A stretch of DNA of 64,000 bases from Octopus vulgaris (lineage: Eukaryota). The translations under genes and the position numbers were made by a program. The stretch lies in assembly GCA_951406725.2 (NCBI GenBank), contig OX597836.1:27280001-27344000 (forward strand), given 5' to 3'. Positions 13,674 through 26,224 of the stretch are shown here, one piece after another. The notes beneath the pieces were generated by a model that was given only the letters and a program-made list of their open reading frames with translations, searched no databases and was not told the DNA's origin. The first letter of the stretch is position 1, and each line of letters opens with the position of its first letter.

Positions 13674-14084
13674 TATCTCTCTGGCTTGCAAGTTCCTGTC
13701 AAACCGTCCAACCCATGCCAGCATGGAAAATGGATGGATGTTAAATGGTGATGATGATGTTGATGATGACGATATGCATGTATGCGTGTGTGTATGTATG
13801 TATGTTTGTGTTTGTGTCCGTGCCCACACTGCTTGACGACTGGTGTTGGTTTGTTTATGTCCCCATAACTTAGCACTGCAGCAAAAGTGATCAACAGAAT
13901 ATGTACCAGACTTTTAAAAACAAAACAAAACAAAACCAACTGATCAAGAGAGAATATTAGAATATTTGCCGCGTTTCATAAAAAAATTTCGTAGTTTTTG
14001 TGTGTGGTGTGTGTGGTTTTGACGGTTGGTGTAAAAACCGGTGTGTTACACTGTAAACATAAACATCACATAATACACACACTA

Positions 14085-14125
<41 letters not shown>

Positions 14126-14283
14126 ATAGCACGAAATTATATTTTGAATAACATTTTAATGAAAACAGTTTATTCCTATAAAGTGTAACGTTAAAACCCT
14201 TTTACTTCAAACTGTTCGCCGTATTTCGAATATTCGATTAATTGTCAATTCGCTTATCTATTACTTCGATCAATTATTATAAC

Positions 14284-14326
<43 letters not shown>

Positions 14327-15236
14327 TTCGAGCAAATATTTTCGATCGATTGTATTTTGATCAACCGTTTTCGATAAATTGGCACCAAACAGCTGTTGAT
14401 TACCCTTATCTCAGTCCTGATTCGGTAAAACAATGATCAAAAGACATTCCAACCGAGACCATTCCGTTTTATAATTCAGTGTTTCAATCCAATATGTTCT
14501 ACTTTTCTCCACAGACGGTAGAGTGTGATTTAAGGGAGACAGTTAGCTGATATTTCTAACAATACATGCGACCGTAGAGAAACCATCATCACCACCACCA
14601 CCACCAGCATCACCGTCCGTCCTCGTTGGATCGCGATGGTTTATTACAGCTTCAAGTACAACCCCAGGATGAAGAAAATGAAAAATCAAGGGAACTGACA
14701 CAGAACCAGGAAAAAAACAGAGACTGGAATTACATAAAAGATAGCAAAAAATGCCAAAACATCGGTGTTGTGACGTCAATGTTTTGTTTAGTGTCGGCCT
14801 CTTCCACCCCATCAAGGACGTTTAAAAGATTCGAGCAAGAATCGAAACTAGGTCGAGCTTTTCATTTAGAAATACTTTAGCTCCTTAACACAGAAAATAA
14901 CATATGTATTTATGGAACACATTACAAGTGGTAAGATATTGAAGCTAGGCATGTTTTTTAAGTACGAAAACACCAATAAAATTAGACTTACCTTTTATAT
15001 GTATGTAGAGTTTTATATATATATATACATGGATGTAGATGTAATCAAAATATATGTATCGTTAAATTATTCCAAGAATCGTTGATATCTCTTGAAATAG
15101 CATTCCGTTGTGTCGATAGATCGAACCGATCGATCGATGAATGTAGATGACTAATTACTTAGTACGATGGGTAGATTACGATCTGTGATCATATAATTTT
15201 GTGCCCCTTGGCTGTGTTTGCGACCGGGCTTTCTTC

Positions 15237-15278
<42 letters not shown>

Positions 15279-16042
15279 GTGTGTGTATATATATATATAT
15301 GTATGTATGTGTAAGTGTGTGTATGGAAGTATGTATAAATGTGTATGTGTAGTGGAGGGATGGCAAGAAAAAATGATATGTCAGGGGTTGAAAAAAGTGG
15401 GAAAAATAATAATAATAATAATAATAATAAATGATAAAAATAAACGGTTATGAAGAAGGATTTCTTTAAAATATCTGTCAGGTTTATATAATTGAAAACC
15501 TAAACAGATGTATTACGTGTTCGATTAGCCATTTGAATATTTTAGATAGATGCAACGATGCAAGAAGATATTAAGTCTACGTATACATATGCATGTGTGT
15601 GTGTGTATATATATACATATATATATAAATATATATCTATATATAGACGTGTGCGTATATTTACATATATGCTATGGGTGTCTGCAAATTATTTTGTCAT
15701 CTTTTTTCCTCTTCTTCTTAAACGGGACTAAAATTACATAGCACTGAAGTAAAAACATCAATGTCCAACGAACGGTAGGGCAAGGTGCTTGTGGCTCTCA
15801 CTATCTCTCTCTCCCTCCCTCTGTTTCTCTGTCTTACTCTGACTCTCTTACCCTTTCTCTCTCTTTCTGCCTTTGTTCTGTCTGTCTATCTATTTCTGTC
15901 TCGACCTCTCCCCTCTCTCTTCACCCTTTCTGCATTGCTCTGCTCTGCTCTCTCCCTCCTACCTCTTCTTCTCTCTGTCTCTATCTTCTTGACTTTTAAC
16001 AAGAGTATTACTGTCTCTCAGTAGGAGCTTCATTCGGATATC

Positions 16043-16740
<698 letters not shown>

Positions 16741-16870
16741 TCAGCTTAGTAACAAAACTTGATATATTACAAAATACTTTTCCAGTACACCTAGAATGCA
16801 CACACACACACATACACACACACACATACACACACACACATTCTCTCTCCCTCTGACACAGACGTGTGTA

Positions 16871-16902
<32 letters not shown>

Positions 16903-17276
16903 CTAGCAGTATCGCCCGGCGTTGCTCAGGTTTGTAAGGAAATAACTATAAAGCATCTTTAGAGAGTTACAGCCCAAAAATAGCAAAAAATGGAAAAAAA
17001 ATTATGGTAAATTTTTTTTGAGAGTAAAATAAGGTTGAGTTGCGTCCCCTAGACAGTCTGTGGTTTGTTTTTTTTATTCTCGACCCCATGTCGAATTTAT
17101 CGATTTTTCAGAACTGGGGGAACTTTTCAAAATTTTCGCTGCGTTAGTTTTGAATTATGACATTGGGCTATGCGTGTGTCAAGTTTCATCAGAATCGGTT
17201 GAAAGCCGTGGTCAGGGTGAGGGTACGAGAAAACAGACACACAGAAACACGCACAGACAAACTGCCGTTTATATAT

Positions 17277-17281
<5 letters not shown>
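16903..17281 (-). mobile_element. Non-autonomous Helitron
   Basis: On - it starts TCTCTATATAT and ends with hairpin CC(T)GAGCAACGCCGGG followed by CTAG, inserted between A and T without a TSD. The same 3' end occurs at 26198-26224. Confidence 0.7.
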
Positions 17282-17327
<46 letters not shown>

Positions 17328-17475
17328 GAACCAAAAACTTTGAATTCACTACAGACAAGCTTTAATACATAAAAAAATAATACGGTACTCTACTACCTTC
17401 AAGTTGATGTTCAACTCTTTGTATATATTATGGGACTGAACCGGGATTCCGTGTGGCTGGGAAGCAAACTTCTTA

Positions 17476-17616
17476 AAGGGGCGGACCAAAGGAGAGGGGA
17501 ACTGCGGGGCACTTGCCCCCTCTTCTAAATGATGTTTTTACGCCCTTTTTCTCCTGGAATTGTATTCCTTTCTGCCATTGCGTCCTTCCTTCGAAGAATT
17601 CCTGGGATCGCGCCTG
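17476..17616. mobile_element. Small GC-rich TIR element (MITE) inside a SINE head
   Basis: Imperfect TIRs AGGGGCGGACC / GGATCGCGCCTG interrupt the SINE B motif AACTTCTT|ACCACACAGCC. Confidence 0.45.
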
Positions 17617-17629
17617 TCTTACCACACAG

Positions 17630-18138
17630 CCTATTTGTTTCAGCCATTTGACTGCGGCTTTGCTGGAGTACCTCCTTTAGTCGAACAGATCGACTCCAGG
17701 ATTTATTCTTTGAAAGCCTAGTACTTATTCTATTGGTCTCTTTTGCCGAACCGCTAGGTTACAGGGACGTAAACACACCAGCATCGGTTGTCAAGCGATG
17801 GTTGGGGACAAACACCGACACATAAACATACATGCATGCATACATACATGCATGCATGCATGCATACATACATACATACATACATACATACATACATACA
17901 TACATACATGCATGCATGCATACATACATACATACATACATACATACATACATACACACACACGCACATACATACATATGTATACGACAGGCTTCTTTCC
18001 GTTTCCATCAACCAAATCCACTCACAAGGCCCGAGGCTATAGTAGAAAACACTTGCCCAGGGTATCACGCAGTGGGATTGAACCCGGAGCCATGTGGCTG
18101 GTAAGCTAGCTACTTTCCACACAGCCACTCCTGCGCCT
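17630..18138 (-). mobile_element. SINE family B with expanded internal (CATA)n
   Basis: Full-length reverse-complement copy starting GGCGCAGGAGTGGCTGTGTGG. Confidence 0.8.
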
Positions 18139-18147
18139 AAATATCTA

Positions 18148-18276
<129 letters not shown>

Positions 18277-18783
18277 ATAGACAGAGAAAAAGATTGAATG
18301 AATAAATTTAATCAGGGTTATTAGGTTTATAGCTCTCTCTCTCTCCCTCTCTTACATAAGCTACAGTTAAACGCGATACGAAGTGTTCACGGGATCGAAT
18401 TTAGTCTACAGCTAGTATCTATAACAATCCCAGTCCAAAACCACTCGACAGAGGCCAGAGTTGTTGTTGCTGTTATTGTTTCATTCTAGTAATGTCACGA
18501 TTGAGCAAGTATACAAATTGTAGGCTTTCCAGCTACGACTACCCTGTCGTACTGCTATTGTTAGTAACGGTGATTGTACTAGTGGTGGTGGTGGTGGATG
18601 GTGGTGGCGGTGGAGGGTGATGTTGGCGATTTTGTTGTGATCATCATTAAGCTAATATAACTGTTTTAATGACGATATTCTTGCTCGTGATTTCATGGGT
18701 AGTTCCAAGATCGGATCTTTTCATTTTCGTCTCAGAAATCAGAAATAAGAAAGAAAAACTCGTCTTGACATTTTACCTATTGC

Positions 18784-18849
<66 letters not shown>

Positions 18850-19056
18850 TCTCTCTCTCTATTTATATGGGTGTATTATATACACACACAAACACATGTG
18901 TATTATATATGCGTGTATGCTTGTGTTTGTATGCATGCATGTATGTGTGAATGCATATATGTTTATATATACACATGTATGTCTGTGTAGGTGTGCACAT
19001 ACGTATGTATGTGTCTGTGTGTGTATATATAAATGTGTGTGTGTGTGTATATATAA

Positions 19057-19089
<33 letters not shown>

Positions 19090-19305
19090 TAGGCAACCGA
19101 TTTGTTTACATGTCTGTTAGCAATAGCATTATAGTTGTTATGCTTGCTGTTACCTTCTGCTAGTTTTCATGTTTTATTATATAAATTTCTTTACCATTCT
19201 TCCCTCCCTCTCTCTTTCTTTCTCTTTCTTTCTCTCTCTCTCTCTCTCACACACGAAAGTCAGGCACTATGCTACTACTTCGGTCGTTATTTACCATTGT
19301 TGTTT

Positions 19306-19326
19306 ACAACTACAACTACTACTACA

Positions 19327-19409
<83 letters not shown>

Positions 19410-19410
19410 C

Positions 19411-19450
<40 letters not shown>

Positions 19451-19455
19451 ATACC

Positions 19456-19507
<52 letters not shown>

Positions 19508-19515
19508 ATACCACC

Positions 19516-19609
<94 letters not shown>

Positions 19610-19625
19610 ATAATAATAATAATAA
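19306..19625. repeat. (CTA)n/(CCA)n trinucleotide array
   Basis: Seen directly. It explains the poly-T/L/Y/V/S ORFs. Confidence 0.95.
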
Positions 19626-20012
19626 ATAATAATGCAACTACCAACACTACCATAACCATCACCACCACCACCACCCCGCTGCTGCTGCTGTTGCTGTTTT
19701 TGTTATTGTTGTTCTATATTTAAGAAAAAAGTCCGGCAGAAAATGTAACAAGGAGGTGAGTCGTGGGGGGCGTGGATGGCGGTCTTCGTTAGCAAAGTAC
19801 GAAATCCAGGGGTTGGCATCAGCACCCGGCAGACAACCCGAGCTGGTGATTGCAGACGAAATAAAAAGCGACATATTCATGTCACTGGTTTGTGGTTAAT
19901 TGGGACAAAAACTGTACCAACAGTATTGCATCATCGAGATATAAGCTGTGTATATACATACATACATACATACATACATACATACATACATACATACATA
20001 CATACATACATG

Positions 20013-20074
<62 letters not shown>

Positions 20075-20080
<6 letters not shown>

Positions 20081-20239
20081 TTTCCATGTTTGTTTTTACG
20101 TTTTCGTTTCTCGTTGAGTTCTACGGCTATTTGTGGTGTCCTGTACTCACGTATATATATTTATATATGCATGTATATATACATGTAGATGTAGGTACGT
20201 ACATATATGTATGTATGTATGCATATATTTTATTTTTTA

Positions 20240-20283
<44 letters not shown>

Positions 20284-20705
20284 TAATAAATAAATAAAAC
20301 ATATGCATATATACATACATATATGTACGTACCTAACTCTACATGTATATAAACATGCATATATGGGTACAGGACACCAAAAAAACGTCGAACACAATGA
20401 GAAACGAAAACAAACACAAAACCAAGGAAATGGACACTTTTTTTAAACAACGAAAAAATAGAGTACAGGACATACAAAACAAGGAAAATCCCCCTTCTTC
20501 AGTCGCCTTAATTTCATCTACTCCATGTTTCGAAGGTCAAGGCGATACATGACTTCTTGAAATTTTCCTTCCCGCGAAAATCAAATTAAATAAAATTTGA
20601 GATTTTTTTGCGGAGGGGTAAAAATGGTAACAAAAACAGGACAGTAACCACAGTACAAAATATAAACAGTAAAAGACAGGACACGGAGAATAACTAACAC
20701 AAACA

Positions 20706-20710
<5 letters not shown>
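20075..20710. mobile_element. Two tail-to-tail copies of a Penelope-like 3' repeat around a (TA)n tract
   Basis: 20075-20235 is the reverse complement of 20290-20430. The same family occurs at 63255-63536. Confidence 0.55.
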
Positions 20711-20748
<38 letters not shown>

Positions 20749-20752
<4 letters not shown>

Positions 20753-20898
20753 GGCTCGAAACGTTAAAGACTTGTTTTATTTATATTTCCTGAGCGCCAT
20801 ACTAATACAATTGTTTGTTTGTATTCCACCTGCCTTCGTCTTTTGTTTATTTCCGTAAACCTGCCTTTGTCTTTTGTCTATTTTCATAAAGCTTCCCG

Positions 20899-20900
<2 letters not shown>
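20749..20900 (+). mobile_element. Penelope-like terminal repeat fragment, 5'-truncated within a hammerhead-like motif
   Basis: GTAGGCTC-GAAAC-GTT-AAAGAC..., between (TA)n tracts. It is the reverse-complement homolog of 49853-50050. Confidence 0.55.
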
Positions 20901-20983
<83 letters not shown>

Positions 20984-21074
20984 TATAAAGGATCGTGGGT
21001 AAGGCCAGAACAATGCGAAGTAAATGCAAGGTACATCGCAAGATTGCAAATATGTGAATTAATGTAGACTTATA

Positions 21075-21237
21075 GGCGCAGGAATGGCTGTGTGGTAAGT
21101 AGCCTGCTTACCAAGCACATGGTTCCGGGTTCAGTCCCACTGCGTGGCACCTTGGGCAAGTGTCTTCTACAATAGCCTCGGGGCAACCAAAGCCTTGTGA
21201 GTAAATTTTGTACACGGAAACTGAAAGAAGCTCGTCG

Positions 21238-21294
<57 letters not shown>

Positions 21295-21443
21295 GCAATC
21301 TCAAGATTAATCAGCCGAAATTGCGAAGATGATCTGGTTCTTGACTGATGACTGAGAGCTTCGAAAGTCCCGTCTGTGTGTGTTTTTTTGTCGTCTTCAA
21401 AATGTTTCACATTCTTGTCCCAGTTTGTGTTTTTTTTAACGTT

Positions 21444-21515
<72 letters not shown>

Positions 21516-21720
21516 TGATGTTTGTGTTTGTACCCCCAACATCACTTGACGACCGATGCTGGTGTGTTTACGTTCCCGTAACTTAGCGGTTCGGCATTAG
21601 AGACCGATAGAATAAGTACTAGGCTTACAAAGATTAAGTCCTGGGGTCGATTTGCTCGACTAAAGGTGGTGCTCCAGCATGGCCACAGTCAAATGACTGA
21701 AACAAGTAAAAGAATAAAGG
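21075..21720 (+). mobile_element. SINE family B with a nested insertion in its internal (TA)n
   Basis: Full SINE head and tail, with an unrelated segment at 21290-21445 inside the TA tract. Confidence 0.8.
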
Positions 21721-22329
21721 AATAAAACAGCGTTAATATAATAAATAGAATTATTGTTGTATCAGTGGTCCTTTGCTTTCTTCTTTCTTATTTGTGTGTC
21801 TCTCCTTACTAACCGTCAGCCATTTTGTATTTCTATTGTATGTGTCTTTCTATTGATGCGGTCACAGGAGTGTGACGAAAGAACTCTGGCCGAAATAAGA
21901 TTAAGATTAATGTAAAAAATAAATAACGTTGAAGCAAAGTAACGCCAAATATATAGTGCGTGTGTTTTTATTGGCTAAACTGGCAAAATGACCATTCCTA
22001 AATACAACAATATCTGCTTCAACGCACGATTTCACATAAAAAATATTGCAAAACAAATATATAAACGTAATAAATAAAATGATTACTGACTCGTTGTTAC
22101 TTTTGGAGATATAAGCGTAGGAGAGACAAGTCTGAAAAAGTCAGCATAGACTGGGAAACCATTATGACTTTTCAATTCCACATGACCATTCTGTCGTAAG
22201 CACAAAGACAAAAGTGATGAGACCGACAGTGCAGAACAAAAAGCCTAGCTATTATATATATTGATTTCTCAGATAAATTTGATATTTTCCCCCCGTTTAT
22301 TTTAATTCTTATTTTTCGTCAACAACTCT

Positions 22330-23440
22330 AACAAATCTGTCAGTGATATATTCCCCTCATTACTTACTTCATAACAAAGTTCCACCAGCTCATCAATACC
22401 TTGACGGAAGAAATCTTGGCTCAAAGAATTCGTTGAGTCACATTTTCAGCTCCATATCGTTGTTAAACGAAACACCTCACAGACTGTTGGAACGCAACCG
22501 AGAAAAGTATCAGGAGAATACGGTGGGTACGGTAGAACTTCCAAACTGAGCTCTTGAATACCATTTTCAGTTAAATTAGCGACATTGTGCTAGAGTCATC
22601 GGGTTGAAGAAGCCCCCTGTGTCATCGGTCGGGTTGTCTGAACGTTATCCATCGAGTAATATTGACAGGCTGCGGTATCAGGAGAGCATCTCATCTACAG
22701 GGCCCAATTCTTTTGCAGAGTGGTATTTTTTTCTTTTACTTGTTTCAGTCACTTGACTGCGGCCATGCTGGAGCACCGCCTTTAGTCGAGCAAATCGACC
22801 CCGGGACTTATTCTTTGTAAACCCAGTACTTATTCTACCGCTAAGTGACGGGGACGTAAACACACCAGCATCGGTTGTCAAGCAATGCTAGGGGGACAAA
22901 CACAGATACACAAACACACACATATATATATACATAATATACATATATATGACGGGCTTCTTTCAGTTTCCGTCTACCAAATCCACTCACAAGGCATTGG
23001 TCGGCCCGGGGCTATAGCAGAAGACACTTGCCCAAGATGCCACGCTGTGGGACTGAACCCGGAACCATGTGGTTGGTTAGCAAGCTACTCACCACACAGC
23101 CACTCCTGCGCCTATGAATCCTTGTGGATTAGATCGTTCAGTTGATCCTCATTAAACTGAACAAGTCGGCTGGGACGCGGAGGGTTTATGAAGTCGAGTT
23201 TCCCCTCCTTGAAGCGTGTAAACCGTTTTCGATCAGTTCTTTCAGCAACAGCCCCTTCTCCATACATATCACAAATGTCTCAAGCGGCTTTAGCAGCTCT
23301 GAAACATTGACTGAAAGCGAAGAGAAGCAGGTGTCGAAAAATCCCCATTTTCCCCACCAACTTAAGCACTTCACCGTTACGTCAGAAATCTTTATTCAAA
23401 TTTGAAAAAACGATAAACAAAAGTTGTAGATGAAGAATAA
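22330..23440 (-). pseudogene. Decayed mariner transposase, split by a SINE
   Basis: 23120-23340 on - reads FRHLLLFAFSQCFRAAKAA*DICDMYGEGAVAERTDRKRFTRFKEG (mariner N-terminal HTH). 22340-22545 reads EVLPYPPYSPD and DFFRQGIDELVE (mariner catalytic C-terminus). Confidence 0.85.
22730..23113 (-). mobile_element. SINE family B (young copy) inserted in mariner
   Basis: Full-length reverse-complement copy. Confidence 0.85.
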
Positions 23441-23452
23441 AACTACAATATA

Positions 23453-23850
23453 CAGGAGTGGCTGTGTGGTAAGTAGCTTGCTAACTAACCACATGGTTCC
23501 GGGTTCAGTCCCACTGCGTGGCATCTTGGGCAAGTGTCTTCTGCTATAGCCCCGGGCCGACCAATGCCTTGTGAGTGGATTTGGTAGACGGAAACTGAAA
23601 GAAGCCTGTCGTATATATGTATATATATATATATATATGTGTGTGTGTTTGTGTGTCTGTGTTTGTCCCCCTAGCATTGCTTGACAACCGATGCTGGTGT
23701 GTTTACGTCCCTGTCACTTAGCGGTTCCTGCAAAATAGACCGATAGAATAAGTACTGGGCTTACAAAGAATAAATCCTGGGGTTGATTTACTCGACTAAA
23801 AGCGGTGCTCTAGCATGGCCGCAGTCAAATGACTGAAACAAGTAAAAGAG
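23453..23850 (+). mobile_element. SINE family B (young copy)
   Basis: Full-length, highly similar and inverted relative to 22730-23113. Confidence 0.85.
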
Positions 23851-24439
23851 TATATAAATCCCTCAACAACAAAACACTACGATGAAAATATCTTTCGTGC
23901 AAATTCCTATAGAGTTGGAAATAATGGCTGGAAGTTGTAGACTCGTTCTTTGATGGAACCAAATCAAGAGACTTTGACGGGGGTATTTCAGAGATCTCCC
24001 GTGAAATATTCAGTATCTAGTGGGCGAGCAGAAACGTGAGGCGCGCTGATTTCACCTAACGAGTAAGTCCCTACCTGTATGTGGACGAATAACCCCGAAA
24101 TATTTTGCATGTTTCTATTACAAGCAAACTCGTACTAATGGTAGAAAGGGCTTTTACAAATAAATCATGTTTTAATAAGTGTTCTGTACGTTTTACTTAT
24201 GTTGTGTTTTATTTGATCAAATTTTTAATCCGTCTATTGTTCCTAGCCCTAGTCTTTATATAATTTTGCCGGCTTCCTCATGTATTGTGAATCCCTTGTT
24301 CTTTTTCTATTGTATTTTATGTATTTTCTTCGAGTTTTTGCGGATAATAAAGAAAATATTGTTGTTAGATGTAAACAGCGCTCCACATAAAAGATATCAT
24401 ATTTTATGGCATTGTTGCGGTAATTCGAAACCGAACCGC

Positions 24440-24839
24440 AGTTATAAGTTACCATGCACTTATAGACTACATTATCTAAATTACAATTATTATTAAATAT
24501 ACATGTAGTCTTATCACTACATGCACAATAAATAATATCTTGGTCTTTATTATTATTATTTGAATCAATATTTAATCTATCTTTGTAGAATTTATTTAAT
24601 TTAAATGTATTAAATGAAGAAATAATATTACCAACATTACTAGTAGTTGAATACCCAACTCCAAAATTATTAATAGAAAAAATGTTATAATATTTTCTAT
24701 TATCCCTAATGAATATTTCAATTATATTTAAAATCTCTTTAATAAGATTTGTTTTAACCTGAGCCCCAAAAGGAACGATTGACCATATTTTATTTTCATC
24801 TTTTGTATTATTATTATTATTATATATTTTTTGTAATAT
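24440..24839 (-). mobile_element. Penelope-like element fragment: RT C-terminus, Cys-rich linker and start of GIY-YIG endonuclease
   Basis: Stop-free frame without an upstream ATG: KIWSIVPFGAQVKTNLIKEILNIIE...YYNIFSINNFGVGYSTTSNVGNIISSFN...YCACSDKTTCIFNNNCNLDNVVYKCMV. This parallels the PLE pattern IIWFNPP...VKTN...IF...SYS...NI..II..N...CNCR...CPL.GNC....VVY. Confidence 0.75.
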
Positions 24840-24969
24840 TTATTTTATTTTTTATTCCAATATTAAATGTATTATTTACATCACCAAAATACCTATTATT
24901 ATTAGGACGATAGATTTCTAAATAAAATTTATCATAATTCAGATAATTAGGTTTATCATTATATATATG

Positions 24970-25034
<65 letters not shown>

Positions 25035-25036
<2 letters not shown>

Positions 25037-25880
25037 GCACTCCGACTCATCCGTCGCTCGGGCAATGCCTGCGGCAGTGGTTCTACCGCTGTTTTCTATA
25101 GAGGTTTTGTAGAGGCCGGTTGCGATGATACATTAGGGGAGACCCTAGGTTTCGACGATAATCAGCAGGCCAGACTGTTCCAACATACATTCGAGCCGAG
25201 GGCCCTGGATAATTTTCAGAAGTCCTTGGCATGGCAGTGTTACCGAGGTGCCTTACCTGTTCGGGATAAACTCTCAAGGCATGGTGGCCACGACACCCCG
25301 ATCTGTCCGAGATGTGGGCGAGACAGGGAAACCGTTTCGCACGCGATTGTGCAGCGTCCGGAGGTGTCAGACATGTGGGTTTGTGCCGAACAACTGCTGT
25401 CAGGTGGAGGAAGAGCACAGCTATCGACTGAATCCATAGTGAAAATTGACCCACCGGATTTCTTAACGAAAGAAGGTAAGAATTGTTTTCTCTCTGTGGT
25501 AGCAGTTGCGAAACAGGTAGTATGGAAGACAAGGATGAGAGGATTGATGTCAGGCAACTTCATCTCTGGTCCTGGTTTGGTGGAATTTTTTATATTCCAC
25601 CTAAAGAGACAAATACGGCTGGAGAGGAGGTGTGTGAGTAAGAAAGTGTTTGATGAAAGATGGAAGAATGTCGTGTATAAAAGGTCTCTTGTGGATGCGA
25701 GATAAGCCAAAAAACCGAGGTCAGTGAAGAGGCGGGGTTCATTGTTTAAAAAATGTCCATTGTGTTGTTTATATAAAATCATGTTAAATTATTAGCGAGC
25801 CCAAATTGCGCTTTATATGTAAAACCATGCGTGATTGTATCGTCCATTCTATGTATGCCCTTATGGATAATAAAAAAAAT
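25035..25880 (+). mobile_element. L1/Tx1-type LINE 3' fragment (zf-RVT region and 3' UTR)
   Basis: DNFQKSLAWQCYRGALPVRDKL...CPRCGRDRETVSHAIV...AKQVVWKTR: zinc-binding CxxC..ET..H domain. It ends in AATAAAAAAA. Confidence 0.8.
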
Positions 25881-25894
25881 CGAGGTTTGGTAGC

Positions 25895-26224
25895 CTTCAA
25901 CAAACAGTATCTCCTCCGAGACCCTGCGGCGCAAGTTGACCAAAATTGAAAGTATGATAGAAGAAGGCTTGCTCTTCCTTCCGTAGAAGAAAAAAATTCA
26001 AATCGAACCATGTTAACACTAAAGATTATTTACATCAAAGAGGTGCTCTTTTTTCTATGAAAATCCCTATTTTTTACGATCTTTTGACTGCTGTGTCGCC
26101 ATTTTTCGGAAAAATGTTCATTTAAAGAGAATAACAAGCTACATAATGCAAAATTTTTACTTTTCAAAAATTCCAATTCTAAAGGGTCGAAACAAACCCG
26201 AGCAACGCCGGGCGATACTGCTAG
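25895..26224 (+). mobile_element. Non-autonomous Helitron 3' part
   Basis: Ends CCCGAGCAACGCCGGG-CGATACTG-CTAG|T. The 5' boundary is uncertain. Confidence 0.6.

Noticed and set aside
14626-14930. 84-aa ORF with flanking acceptor (14649) and donor (14930)-like sites
   Set aside because: There is no recognisable homology and no partner exons, so it cannot be supported as coding.
19135-19723. Mucin-like poly-Thr ORF
   Set aside because: A (CTA/CCA)n microsatellite that is open in most frames, with non-coding-looking flanks.
21290-21445. CTGATGA...GAAAG..GTC in a TA-flanked insert
   Set aside because: Stems I-III could not be formed. It may be a PLE end but is not a supportable ribozyme.
24500-24960. 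Possible mitochondrial insertion (very AT-rich)
   Set aside because: The translation fits Penelope-like element motifs, not mitochondrial genes.
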